This document shows positions 49,819 through 59,297 of a stretch of 64,000 bases of DNA, one piece after another. The notes under the pieces were generated by a model, which saw nothing but the letters and a program-made list of their open reading frames with translations, did no database searches and had not been told where the DNA came from. Numbering within the stretch: the first letter of the stretch is position 1; every line of letters begins with the position of its first letter. The position numbers were made by a program, and so were the translations under genes. Source of the DNA: a virus; the IMG/VR virus record IMGVR_UViG_3300027759_000048, one strand, 5' to 3'.

Positions 49819-51186
49819 ATGTATCTTACAGAAAACCTAGAGAAGAAGTGGTCACCAGTTCTTGACCACGACGGTCTCAATTCAATTAAGGATCCATATC
49901 GCCGTGCTGTTACAGCGGTTATCCTTGAAAACCAAGAAAAGGCAATGGCTGAAGAAGGCAACATCCTTAACGAAGCCGCTCCTACAAACTCCGGTGGTGG
50001 TCTTGGTGCAGGTACAAACATTGGTTCATACGATCCAATTTTGATCTCACTCGTTCGCCGTGCGCTTCCAAACCTCATTGCTTATGACGTTTGTGGCGTT
50101 CAGCCAATGACTGGCCCAACAGGCCTCATCTTCGCTATGCGCTCACGTTATAAGTCAATGTCTGGTACAAATGCTCCAGTCGCTGGCTCAAACGAAGCGT
50201 TCTTTAACGAAGCTAACACAGCATTCTCTGGTCAGAACAACGCTTTCGGCATCACCGAAGCTGGCTTCCATCCAGATGCTAACAACAACCCATTTGCTGA
50301 TGCTACCCTTTCTGGCAACTCATACGTTGTCAACAAAGGCATGTCAACAGCACAGGCTGAAGCTCTCGGCGATGCTGCTGGTAACATGTTCAACGAAATG
50401 GCCTTCTCAATCGATAAGGTTACCGTTACTGCTCGTAGCCGTGCGCTAAAAGCAGAATACACCACAGAGCTTGCTCAGGATCTTAAAGCCATTCACGGCC
50501 TTGATGCTGAGACAGAATTGGCCAACATTCTTTCAACAGAAATCTTGGCTGAAATCAACCGTGAAGTTATCAGAACAATCTATCGTTCTGCTACACTCGG
50601 TGCTCAGTATGGTGTTACAACTGCTGGTACATTCGATCTTGACACCGACTCAAACGGTCGTTGGTCAGTTGAGAAGTTCAAAGGTCTCATTTTCCACATC
50701 GAGCGTGAATGTAACGCAATCGCCAAGGCAACCCGTCGTGGCAAGGGTAACGTCCTTATCGTTTCTTCAGACGTTGCTTCAGCTATGGCTATGGCTGGTG
50801 TTCTTTCTTACACCCCACAGCTTTCTGCTGATCTAACTGTTGACGATACAGGCAACACCTTCGTTGGTACTCTTCATGGCCGCATTAAGGTTTATATCGA
50901 TCCTTACTTCGGTGGTTCAGAGAACGGCGATGAGCTAGTAACCGTTGGTTACCGTGGTTCTTCACCATTCGACGCTGGCTTGTTCTACTGCCCATACGTT
51001 CCACTACAGATGGTTCGTGCAATCGGTCAGGACACCTTCCAGCCAAAGATTGGCTTCAAAACACGTTACGGAATGGTAGCAAATCCGTTTGCGACAACTG
51101 CTGGTGACGGTGTTGTTGGTACCCGTGAGACAGCTACACAGGCAAATAGATACTATCGTATCTTCAGGGTCCGAAATTTGACCTGA
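49819..51186 (+). CDS. gp23: Major capsid protein gp23
   Basis: KWSPVL, DVCGVQPMTGPTGLIFAMR, RALKAEY, FQPKIGFKTRYG. Confidence 0.98.
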   Translation: MYLTENLEKKWSPVLDHDGLNSIKDPYRRAVTAVILENQEKAMAEEGNILNEAAPTNSGGGLGAGTNIGSYDPILISLVRRALPNLIAYDVCGVQPMTGPTGLIFAMRSRYKSMSGTNAPVAGSNEAFFNEANTAFSGQNNAFGITEAGFHPDANNNPFADATLSGNSYVVNKGMSTAQAEALGDAAGNMFNEMAFSIDKVTVTARSRALKAEYTTELAQDLKAIHGLDAETELANILSTEILAEINREVIRTIYRSATLGAQYGVTTAGTFDLDTDSNGRWSVEKFKGLIFHIERECNAIAKATRRGKGNVLIVSSDVASAMAMAGVLSYTPQLSADLTVDDTGNTFVGTLHGRIKVYIDPYFGGSENGDELVTVGYRGSSPFDAGLFYCPYVPLQMVRAIGQDTFQPKIGFKTRYGMVANPFATTAGDGVVGTRETATQANRYYRIFRVRNLT

Positions 51187-51206
51187 TTATACCATTATGG
51201 TATACT
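51178..51206 (+). promoter_or_regulatory. Sigma70-like promoter overlapping gp23 stop with embedded palindrome
   Basis: TTGACC-N17-TATACT with TG extended -10; palindrome TATACCAT-T-ATGGTATA at 51188-51204. Confidence 0.5.
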
Positions 51207-51233
51207 AATAAGAAACGGGATTACCGTTCATCT

Positions 51234-51257
51234 AAGGGGGCTACGGCCCCCTTTTTT
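51234..51257 (+). terminator. Rho-independent terminator after gp23
   Basis: AAGGGGGC-TACG-GCCCCCTTTTTT. Confidence 0.9.
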
Positions 51258-51308
51258 GTTGACCAATTTTTTTTTTGCTAATGACTAAATATAGTCAGGA
51301 GAACTATT

Positions 51309-51830
51309 ATGGCATTAGAGTCCTTTGCTTCAAACACACCACAGAATAGCAGTATTCTACAGCTAACACGATTTACGTTTATCATACCTGATAAGCCATA
51401 TCTAAAGTATTTCTGCCAGACAGTCTCCATACCATCAGTATCAACATCTGAGGTAACTGTACCAACACCTTTCTCTAATACATATCGTCATGGTGATAAG
51501 TTAGCATTTGAGCCATTGTCTATTACAGCTATCGTTGATGAAGATATGCGTATATGGGAAGAGACATACAACTGGCTCAAAGGATTAACAAGACCATCAT
51601 CATCAGAAGAATACTTGAGAAAAGGTCTACAAGATAAAACTCCTCTTTACTTTGACGGTTATCTAACTGTCAATACCAACGCAAATAATCCGAACATTCG
51701 TTTTAAGTTTCACAATTGTCATCCAACCTCATTGGGTGGAATTGATTTCGATACTAAGACAGATGCGGATAACATTCCTACCTGCACAATTCAATTCCGT
51801 TACGATCTATTTGAAGTAGAAAGATTTTGA
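51309..51830 (+). CDS. gp3: Tail completion/tube terminator gp3
   Basis: YFCQ...IP, GDKL.F..L.IT..VDEDM..W.E.YNW; position after gp23. Confidence 0.85.
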   Translation: MALESFASNTPQNSSILQLTRFTFIIPDKPYLKYFCQTVSIPSVSTSEVTVPTPFSNTYRHGDKLAFEPLSITAIVDEDMRIWEETYNWLKGLTRPSSSEEYLRKGLQDKTPLYFDGYLTVNTNANNPNIRFKFHNCHPTSLGGIDFDTKTDADNIPTCTIQFRYDLFEVERF

Positions 51831-51855
51831 CTTTCTGACTGATATATGATACACT
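51827..51855 (+). promoter_or_regulatory. Sigma70-like early/middle promoter for uvsY
   Basis: TTGACT-N17-TACACT. Confidence 0.6.
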
Positions 51856-51887
51856 ACACAGTCTAATGGCTGATAAAGGATTACATA

Positions 51888-52337
51888 ATGCTTACTGCAC
51901 CGGTGACACTTGAAACATTGATGAAGGAATGGGCAAGTGATACTAGTATAAACCCAGATGCTATGGAAAAGGAAACTCTAAAGATTTCCCATCTTCATAG
52001 CAAATACCTTAATGTTCGTGTCCATCATAACATTCTATTGCGTAGAATGGAAACAGATTACAAGTTGCTTAAAGGCTTGCGTGAAGAATACTATCAAGGT
52101 CATCTTACAAAGGAAGACTGTGATGAAAGAGGATGGGACTATATGCAGCATGTATTGTCTAATCCGCAGATTGCTAGAAAACTTGATACAGATGCCGAAC
52201 TAAATAAACTGTTACTTAAAAGAATAGCACATGAAGAGATTGTCTCCTATTGTGATATGGTTCTAAAGTCTCTACACAATAGAACGTGGGATCTAGGAAA
52301 CTTTATCAAGTATAAACATATGATGAATGGAAACTAA
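51888..52337 (+). CDS. uvsY: Recombination mediator UvsY
   Basis: W..D..I...E..KI..LHSKYL, EYY.G, L..R.W.L.N.I; upstream of uvsW. Confidence 0.85.
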   Translation: MLTAPVTLETLMKEWASDTSINPDAMEKETLKISHLHSKYLNVRVHHNILLRRMETDYKLLKGLREEYYQGHLTKEDCDERGWDYMQHVLSNPQIARKLDTDAELNKLLLKRIAHEEIVSYCDMVLKSLHNRTWDLGNFIKYKHMMNGN

Positions 52338-53807
52338 GTGCATATCACTATTACTAATGAGAATGAATCCTACATCAAGGTTCACTGTGACGAAAGCGTG
52401 GCATGGGAACTTAGAGACGCATTCTCATTTAGACCCCCAGGGTTTCAGTTTGTTCCTTCTTACAAGCAGAAACTTTGGGATGGTTATCTAAGACTATTCA
52501 ATCCACTCAATAGACAAATGTATCGTGGTCTAGCACCACAAGTTATTGAATGGGCAGAGAACCATGGATATACATTTGAGTATTCTGGTGAAGACCTAGA
52601 TACATCATTCTCATTAGATGAGGCAAAAGAGTTTGTTGAAAAACTTAACCCGAAACATCTTCCTAGAGATTATCAGATGGATGCTTTCGTCCATGCTATT
52701 CGTTCTAAACGTCGCATTGTTCTTAGTCCTACTGGTTCCGGCAAGTCTCTTTTGCTATATCTTGTTTGTAATTATCTTCTTAAACAAGGGAAGCGAGGCC
52801 TTCTTATTGTTCCGAGGTCAGCCCTAGTAGAACAAATGTATAGTGACTTTGAGGACTATTCTGCTAAGAATGGCAAAGACATGGACAAGTATTGTCATCG
52901 TGTCTATTCAGGTAAAGATAAAGTATCAGAGAAGCCAATTATAATCTCTACATGGCAGTCATTACAGAGATTACCAAAAGAATACTTTCAACAGTTTGAC
53001 TACGTTATCTGTGACGAAGTGCATCAGGCACAAGCTAAGGCGCTAACAGATATCGTAGGTAAATGTACCAAGGCAAACTATCGTCTTGGTGTAACAGGAA
53101 CACTATCAGGTGCCAAGTCTCATGAATGGCAGTTGATAGGGTTGTTTGGTCAAGTCTATAAGGCTACAACCTCGGCTGAGTTGATGAAGAAAAAGCAACT
53201 GGCTGAATTGACCATTAAATGTTTGATATTGAAATATAGTGACGAAGAATGTCAGTATATGAAATCAGCATCATATCAGGATGAGATAAAGTATATCATA
53301 TCTAATCCTGCACGTAACACATTTGTTACAAATCTTGCTATCTCAATGGAAGGCAATACTCTATTGCTGTTCAACTATGTTGAGTCGCATGGTGCTATTC
53401 TATATGACATGATTAAGAGTAAATCTAAAGAAGGACGAAAGGTCTTCTTTATTCACGGAGGAACAAATGTCGAAGATAGAGAACAAATACGAAGGATCGT
53501 CGAGACTGAACACAATGCTATTATTGTTGGGTCCGTTGGTGTTCTTAGCACTGGTACTAACATCGTGGCCTTGGATAACGTCATATTTTCATCTCCTTCC
53601 AAGTCCAAGATTCGTAACTTACAATCAATCGGTAGAGGTCTTAGGGTTAGTGACACAAAGAAATCCGCCACCTTATATGACATTGCCGACGACTTTAGCT
53701 GGAAGTCAAAAGAGAATTTTACTCTCAAGCATTTCTTCGAGCGAGTTAAAACCTACAACGAAGAAAAGTTCAAGTTCAAAATCTACAAAATAAGTATGAA
53801 AGGATAG
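52338..53807 (+). CDS. uvsW: UvsW RNA-DNA/DNA helicase
   Basis: WDG..RLF, SPTGSGKS, DEVH, QSIGRGLR; GTG start. Confidence 0.95.
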   Translation: MHITITNENESYIKVHCDESVAWELRDAFSFRPPGFQFVPSYKQKLWDGYLRLFNPLNRQMYRGLAPQVIEWAENHGYTFEYSGEDLDTSFSLDEAKEFVEKLNPKHLPRDYQMDAFVHAIRSKRRIVLSPTGSGKSLLLYLVCNYLLKQGKRGLLIVPRSALVEQMYSDFEDYSAKNGKDMDKYCHRVYSGKDKVSEKPIIISTWQSLQRLPKEYFQQFDYVICDEVHQAQAKALTDIVGKCTKANYRLGVTGTLSGAKSHEWQLIGLFGQVYKATTSAELMKKKQLAELTIKCLILKYSDEECQYMKSASYQDEIKYIISNPARNTFVTNLAISMEGNTLLLFNYVESHGAILYDMIKSKSKEGRKVFFIHGGTNVEDREQIRRIVETEHNAIIVGSVGVLSTGTNIVALDNVIFSSPSKSKIRNLQSIGRGLRVSDTKKSATLYDIADDFSWKSKENFTLKHFFERVKTYNEEKFKFKIYKISMKG

Positions 53808-53810
53808 ATT

Positions 53811-54230
53811 ATGGATATCAGTGATTATCCCAATGCGAAGCTAGTTAGATTACAAAATGGGGATGATGTGATTGCGGAAGTAGTTGAGATGGAGGATGAG
53901 AATGGTGTAGTCTATGCGCTATTCCATCCTCTTAAAGTTGTATATGTACCTTCGGAATCTTCAGGTTATCTTACTGTAGCATTTATGCCATGGGTCTTTC
54001 CACGTATATGTGAGCAACAAGAGTTCATTATACATTCCCTTGATATTCTGTTTATGGTAGATGTAGCACCAAAGATGAATGAGTATTACTGGAACAACAT
54101 GGACTACTATACAAAGAAGTCACAAGAGGAAGAAAAGGTAAATGAAAAGTCCGAGGAAGAAAACTCTTTTGAAAGGTTGAAAGAGGCCTTAGAAGAAGCA
54201 GGACTATATAATAAGAAGGTGTATCACTAA
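53811..54230 (+). CDS. Conserved T4-like hypothetical protein (Sm-like fold candidate)
   Basis: VRL.NG.D.I..V...P......PW; standard position after uvsW. Confidence 0.65.
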   Translation: MDISDYPNAKLVRLQNGDDVIAEVVEMEDENGVVYALFHPLKVVYVPSESSGYLTVAFMPWVFPRICEQQEFIIHSLDILFMVDVAPKMNEYYWNNMDYYTKKSQEEEKVNEKSEEENSFERLKEALEEAGLYNKKVYH

Positions 54231-54532
54231 TGGCTACTACAACTAACCCATACCTATCACTAGAAGATGCTGACCTAGTAGATGACTTTGGTTTTTCATT
54301 CAGCAACGAAGACGACATTGTAGCAGAAGCAACTGCTCCTACAGTGGATGAAATCGCTGACCTTAAAAAGAGATTGGAAGCAGTCAGAAAGATATATCTT
54401 CCTCTACTACAGAACTTATCAAAGAATTCCGATCAACCTATTATCAAGTGGCCTGATCGTGGTCCTGTGCTTAAAAAGCAGATTGATAAGCTAATGATGC
54501 TTACTGAACCAGGATTTACTACTGCTAAGTAG
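54230..54532 (+). CDS. Conserved hypothetical protein
   Basis: DFGFS...PLL.NL.KN.D...I.WP.R. Confidence 0.65.
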   Translation: MATTTNPYLSLEDADLVDDFGFSFSNEDDIVAEATAPTVDEIADLKKRLEAVRKIYLPLLQNLSKNSDQPIIKWPDRGPVLKKQIDKLMMLTEPGFTTAK

Positions 54533-54608
54533 TTGCTTCGCAACACTCGCTTCGCTCGTAAGTTGCATTTGGTTTGCAATTGGTAGTAGTGGTGTTAATG
54601 CAAAGCAT

Positions 54609-54637
54609 ATTATACCGAGGTGTGAAAAGCCTGTCAA
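54609..54637 (-). promoter_or_regulatory. Perfect consensus sigma70 promoter on minus strand
   Basis: Plus strand reads ATTATA-N17-TGTCAA, i.e. TTGACA-N17-TATAAT on the minus strand. Confidence 0.75.
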
Positions 54638-54662
54638 GGGCCAAAATGAAAGTTTTTACATT

Positions 54663-55430
54663 ATGTTCCATTTTTTTCATAGAGCGCCTGAGATCCATCT
54701 AGACTGCTTTACAGCTAGTAATGAAACCTACATGACAACACCCATTGTCAGAGCAAGTAAAGCATTTCCAGACTGGTGGCAACAGCTAACTCCCTACGAA
54801 CCTACTTTCTATAGCACACCTGAGAACGGACACTTTCTTAGAAAACACGAAGATATGACGGCTAGGGATTGCTATGCTATTGTGGAATTGTATAAGAAAG
54901 GTATCATAATAGAAAACTGGAGTGATATCTCATTCAAGATTGAAGATGGTATCTATCATTACTGGGCTGCCAACAATACCGATCCGCCTCAAGATCATAT
55001 TAGAGAACAACTCGGTGGATCTTTTCCTAATCATTATCATATCAAACTTGTAAGTCCTTGGGCATTCAGAGAGAAGACAGGCGCTAAGTTTCTATGGCTT
55101 GGTGCGGAATGGTCTCTTGATAAACTTGAAATAAAAGTCTTGCCAGGGGTGATAAACTTTGATATAATATCTCCAGTGAATGTGAATTTTATGTTTCCTA
55201 TGCGGAATGGAACGTTTATGATACCTGTCGGTAATCCTTTCGTTCATCTAGTTCCGTTGTCAGAAAAGAAACTAAAGGTTCATAATCATCTGGTAACAAA
55301 GCCTGAGTTTGAAAAGTTGAGACTGATATCAGATAACCCATCATTCTATGGATGGAGAAAAGTGTTACAGCTTAGGAAAAGAAATAAAGAACGAGGAACA
55401 TGTCCGTTCCATGGAGACAGCAATGGCTAA
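54663..55430 (+). CDS. Hypothetical protein (possible dUTPase-like/DUF6065-type beta fold)
   Basis: PDWW..L, C....L...G, SPW, LPG.I, G.P...LVP, terminal CPFH. Confidence 0.55.
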   Translation: MFHFFHRAPEIHLDCFTASNETYMTTPIVRASKAFPDWWQQLTPYEPTFYSTPENGHFLRKHEDMTARDCYAIVELYKKGIIIENWSDISFKIEDGIYHYWAANNTDPPQDHIREQLGGSFPNHYHIKLVSPWAFREKTGAKFLWLGAEWSLDKLEIKVLPGVINFDIISPVNVNFMFPMRNGTFMIPVGNPFVHLVPLSEKKLKVHNHLVTKPEFEKLRLISDNPSFYGWRKVLQLRKRNKERGTCPFHGDSNG

Positions 55431-55995
55431 GAAGAAAACGCACTATGTAGATAACGAAAGATTTTATAATGAGATAGTTGAGTATAAGAAAAACTGTAAG
55501 ATTGCCCTTGCTGAAGGTAAAGAGAAGCCTGTTCTTTCGGACTACATAGGAAAGTGTATCTTTCTTATTGCGGAGAACTTAGCACATAAGCCTAGGTTCA
55601 TGAACTACTCGTTTGTTGATGAAATGAAATCTGACGCCATTGAAAACTGCTTGATGTATTTTGATAACTTTGATAGTGACAAGTATAGTAATCCGTTCGC
55701 ATACTTTACACAGATCATCTACTACGCCTTTCATAGACGTATAAACAAAGAAGAGAAGAATAGATATATAATATACAAGAAGTTTCAAGAGAGTGTTCTT
55801 GATTCCAGTGTATCTGATTTGATGCTTGATAACGATGGTAATCATATGATACCGACCACAATGTATGATAACATCAATGAGTTTATCGGTAGGTTTGAGG
55901 AAAGAGAACTGGTAAAGAAAGAAAAGCGTAAAGAGAAAAAAGAAGGTCTTGAAAAGTTTGTAGGAGAGAGTGATGAAAGAAGAGAATCAGTTTGA
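55423..55995 (+). CDS. gp55: Late transcription sigma factor gp55 (start ATG 55423)
   Basis: HYVDN..F, IAE.L...P.F.NY...EM.SD..ENC, NPFAYFTQI.YYAF.RRI.KE; SD GGAG. Confidence 0.95.
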   Translation: MAKKKTHYVDNERFYNEIVEYKKNCKIALAEGKEKPVLSDYIGKCIFLIAENLAHKPRFMNYSFVDEMKSDAIENCLMYFDNFDSDKYSNPFAYFTQIIYYAFHRRINKEEKNRYIIYKKFQESVLDSSVSDLMLDNDGNHMIPTTMYDNINEFIGRFEERELVKKEKRKEKKEGLEKFVGESDERRESV

Positions 55996-56179
55996 TGTAC
56001 CTTTTCAGGTTCAGTCATTGATTGCTACCATGAAGGACAAGAAAGAACGAGTTCATGTTCGTGGCAACTATCGCCAGCGTCTTGCTGCTATCAAGACAGC
56101 TATTGATAATGCCATTGTGGAATATGATAGAGAGATGGGAAACGTTATCGCACCTAAGTTTAAGCGGGAGCGACGATAA
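55973..56179 (+). CDS. Small hypothetical protein
   Basis: SD AGGAG; R.NYR.RL motif. Confidence 0.6.
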   Translation: MKEENQFDVPFQVQSLIATMKDKKERVHVRGNYRQRLAAIKTAIDNAIVEYDREMGNVIAPKFKRERR

Positions 56180-56361
56180 TGGATATTGATGATATGGTCA
56201 AAGAGATTGATCAAAACATTGAATGGTTCTGTGATAAGGTCGTTGAACCTTTTCCTATTGATAAGCAAAGTAAAGACAAGGTTATGAAGCGTATGATTTC
56301 CTTAGGTTGGCTTCGTCAATCAGAATATGAGACTTACAATGAAGCTACCAAAGAAGATTGA
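56179..56361 (+). CDS. Small hypothetical protein
   Basis: TAATG coupling, 60 aa. Confidence 0.55.
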   Translation: MDIDDMVKEIDQNIEWFCDKVVEPFPIDKQSKDKVMKRMISLGWLRQSEYETYNEATKED

Positions 56362-56386
56362 CGAGGTCATCTTTTTAGTTTATACT
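56358..56386 (+). promoter_or_regulatory. Sigma70-like promoter for gp47-ftsH
   Basis: TTGACG-N17-TATACT. Confidence 0.7.
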
Positions 56387-56424
56387 GTGTCTTTGAACTT
56401 GTTACGTGAACTAAAGGAAAGATT

Positions 56425-57501
56425 ATGGCGCTGATTGCTATGCCAACTGATACACACGCCGGAGTCAGAAATGATAATCCGGCGTTTCAGTTGTACCAAA
56501 ATAAATGTTGGAAGTGGTTCTTCGATTACATTGATGAGCATAAGATCAAGCATGTCATTCATCTTGGTGATATCTATGACCGTCGTAAGTATGTGAACTT
56601 TATGTCGGCAAAGCGACTTCGTGAAGATTTCTTTGAACCTCTAGCAGATAGAGGTATTGAAACGCATATCATCGTTGGTAATCATGATATGTATTATAAA
56701 GACACACACGAGGTTAACGCACTAGATGAAATTATCGCCGGACGATATGGGAATATTCATACTCATTCTGTACCTAGTATTGTCAATATTGATGGGTTGG
56801 ATATTCAGTTGATGCCATGGATTACAGAGAGTAATCGAGAAGCAGCATTTGAAGCAATCACAAAGCCTAAGGCAGAAATCATGATGGGTCACCTTGAAGT
56901 TCAAGGTTTCACCATGCACAAAGGAGCAATATCAGACCATGGTATGGATCGCAACGTCTTTGATAAATTTGATAGAGTGTATTCGGGTCACTATCATCAC
57001 CGTTCTACTATTGGCAATGTTAGTTATATTGGTGCCTTTGGCGAATATACTTGGGCTGATTACAACGATCCTCGAGGGTTTAGTGTCCTGGATACTAACA
57101 CTAGAAATTTAGAGTTTATCAAGAATCCTTATCGTATGTTCAGGATCGTCAAGTATGATGATGTCGTTGATGATAACATTATTGAGAAGATACAGAAAAC
57201 AGATTTCAGCAGATTTAAAGATTGCTACATAAAGTTAGTAGTCGTAAACAAATCTAATCCGTATGCGTTTGACCTGTTATTTGACTCACTATATAAAGCA
57301 GGGCCATTAGATATACAGATTGTTGAAGATGCTTCCGTCCTCATAGACAATGAAGACGATATGGAAGTTGATGAAGCGGAAGATACCGCAACGATATTAA
57401 GAAAATACATTTCCGGGCTAACATTGCCTGTGAACAATGATAAGATGAAAGATTTTATGATAGATGTATATAACGAAGCCCTCCAAGTGGAGACAGTCTA
57501 A
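56425..57501 (+). CDS. gp47: Recombination nuclease gp47 (Mre11/SbcD-like)
   Basis: TDTH, HLGD, GNHD, GHL, SGHYH metallophosphoesterase motifs. Confidence 0.95.
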   Translation: MALIAMPTDTHAGVRNDNPAFQLYQNKCWKWFFDYIDEHKIKHVIHLGDIYDRRKYVNFMSAKRLREDFFEPLADRGIETHIIVGNHDMYYKDTHEVNALDEIIAGRYGNIHTHSVPSIVNIDGLDIQLMPWITESNREAAFEAITKPKAEIMMGHLEVQGFTMHKGAISDHGMDRNVFDKFDRVYSGHYHHRSTIGNVSYIGAFGEYTWADYNDPRGFSVLDTNTRNLEFIKNPYRMFRIVKYDDVVDDNIIEKIQKTDFSRFKDCYIKLVVVNKSNPYAFDLLFDSLYKAGPLDIQIVEDASVLIDNEDDMEVDEAEDTATILRKYISGLTLPVNNDKMKDFMIDVYNEALQVETV

Positions 57502-57512
57502 GGGAATTTGAT

Positions 57513-59297
57513 ATGAAGAAACATTTAGCATGGTTGGCATTCATTGCCGTTGCTATCTTTTTGGTAGCGACAATTTGGAGCGAACCGAATAAGAAAACAA
57601 CCAGTGAGATCGGATATAGTGATTTCATTGCACAGGTAGATGGTGATAAAATCCACGATGTTGTTATTAGTGGTAGTGAGATTGTAGGTCACTATAGAGA
57701 CAACAATAGAACATTCTCCACATATGTTGCTAGTCTTTCTACACTATTACCAAGACTAGAGCAACACAAAGTTAATGTAACGGTGAGACCTGAATCCGAA
57801 GGAAACTTCTGGGTCAATCTGTTTATCAATATCTTTCCCATCTTTCTATTCTTTGGCTTATGGATGTTTCTTACTCGTCGTGGTCCTGCTGGTGGCGGCG
57901 TTATGGGTATGGGTAAGTCAAAAGCAAAACTACTCACAGAAAGCAATACCAAGATAACCTTTGAAGATGTTGCTGGTGTAGACCATGCTAAAGACGATTT
58001 ACAGGAAGTTGTAGAGTTTCTACAAGACCCACATAAGTTTGAAAGACTTGGTGGTAAGATTCCAAAAGGCGTTCTACTCGTTGGTCCTCCAGGTACAGGT
58101 AAGACACTATTAGCAAGAGCCGTTGCTGGTGAAGCTGGTGTTCCTTTCTTTAGTATCTCTGGTTCAGACTTTGTTGAAATGTTTGTCGGCGTCGGTGCTT
58201 CCCGTGTCCGTGATATGTTTGAACAAGCAAAGAAGAATGCTCCTTGCATTATCTTTATTGATGAGATTGATGCTGTTGGTCGCTCCCGTGCCAATGGTAT
58301 CAGTGGCAACGATGAAAGAGATCAGACATTGAATGCTATGCTCGTTGAGATGGATGGCTTTGAAACAAACGAAGGTATCATCATTGTAGCAGCAACAAAC
58401 CGTGTTGATGTTCTCGATCAAGCATTGCTACGCCCAGGTCGTTTTGATAGACAGATCCAAGTTCCGAATCCTGACTTTGTTGGTCGTGAAAAGATTTTGA
58501 AAGTTCACACTCGCAAAGTTCCGATTGGTCCTGATGTTGATCTAAAGATTGTAGCAAAAGGAACACCTGGTTTCTCTGGTGCTGATCTTGCTAATCTTGT
58601 CAACGAAGCGGCTCTACTAGCGGCAAGACGATCAAAGCGTATTGTTACTAGAATGGAGTTTGAAGATGCCCGTGATAAGATCCTTATGGGTCCAGAGCGT
58701 AAGTCACTATTGATGACTGATGAAGAAAAGAGAATGACTGCCTATCACGAAGCTGGTCACGCTCTAGTATCACTCAATATGCCTGGCTCTATTCCTATTC
58801 ACAAGGCAACAATCATTCCTCGTGGACGTGCATTGGGTATGGTTCAATCTCTACCAGAACGTGATCAAATCTCACAGTCTTATGAAGAGATGATTGCCCA
58901 ACTAGCAATGGCTATGGGTGGACGAGTTGCTGAAGAGATTATCTTTGGTAATAAGAATGTAACCTCTGGTGCGTCTGGTGATATCCAGATGGCGACTAAA
59001 CTTGCAAGAGCAATGGTTACACAACTTGGGTTTTCTCCTATTCTTGGTAGAATGGCATACAGTGATCCTAGTGCTGATATGTGGCATTCACCTAAGATTG
59101 CTGAGGAAACACAAAAGATTGTTGATAAGGAAGTATTGCGTCTTGTAGAAGAAGGATACGATACCGCAAAGAAAATTATCATTAGAAAGAGAAAAGACCT
59201 TGACACACTAGCGAAAGGCCTGCTAGAATATGAAACTCTATCAGGTGAAGAAATCTCAGACTTGTTAGAAGGAAAGATACCAACTAGAGAGTTTTAA
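57513..59297 (+). CDS. ftsH: ATP-dependent zinc metalloprotease FtsH (full length)
   Basis: Two TM helices, [15 protein letters not shown] pore loop, [12 protein letters not shown]...[14 protein letters not shown]. Confidence 0.96.
   Translation: MKKHLAWLAFIAVAIFLVATIWSEPNKKTTSEIGYSDFIAQVDGDKIHDVVISGSEIVGHYRDNNRTFSTYVASLSTLLPRLEQHKVNVTVRPESEGNFWVNLFINIFPIFLFFGLWMFLTRRGPAGGGVMGMGKSKAKLLTESNTKITFEDVAGVDHAKDDLQEVVEFLQDPHKFERLGGKIPKGVLLVGPPGTGKTLLARAVAGEAGVPFFSISGSDFVEMFVGVGASRVRDMFEQAKKNAPCIIFIDEIDAVGRSRANGISGNDERDQTLNAMLVEMDGFETNEGIIIVAATNRVDVLDQALLRPGRFDRQIQVPNPDFVGREKILKVHTRKVPIGPDVDLKIVAKGTPGFSGADLANLVNEAALLAARRSKRIVTRMEFEDARDKILMGPERKSLLMTDEEKRMTAYHEAGHALVSLNMPGSIPIHKATIIPRGRALGMVQSLPERDQISQSYEEMIAQLAMAMGGRVAEEIIFGNKNVTSGASGDIQMATKLARAMVTQLGFSPILGRMAYSDPSADMWHSPKIAEETQKIVDKEVLRLVEEGYDTAKKIIIRKRKDLDTLAKGLLEYETLSGEEISDLLEGKIPTREF
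59200..59229 (+). promoter_or_regulatory. Sigma70-like promoter within 3' end of ftsH, upstream of gp46
   Basis: TTGACA-N18-TAGAAT with TG extended -10. Confidence 0.55.

Noticed and set aside
51267-51276. 10-T homopolymer as a phase-variation tract
   Set aside because: It is intergenic after a terminator and could be a sequencing homopolymer artefact; no support for a function.
38258-53807. Introns, inteins or homing endonucleases in gp17, gp20, gp23 or uvsW
   Set aside because: These genes are contiguous with unbroken motifs; no splice, intein or LAGLIDADG/HNH/GIY-YIG motifs were noticed.
57692-58309. Minus-strand and alternate-frame ORFs in the track (e.g. 57692-58309, 45547-45990, 4174-4566)
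   Set aside because: They are shadows of well-supported plus-strand genes, with no motifs or SD sites.
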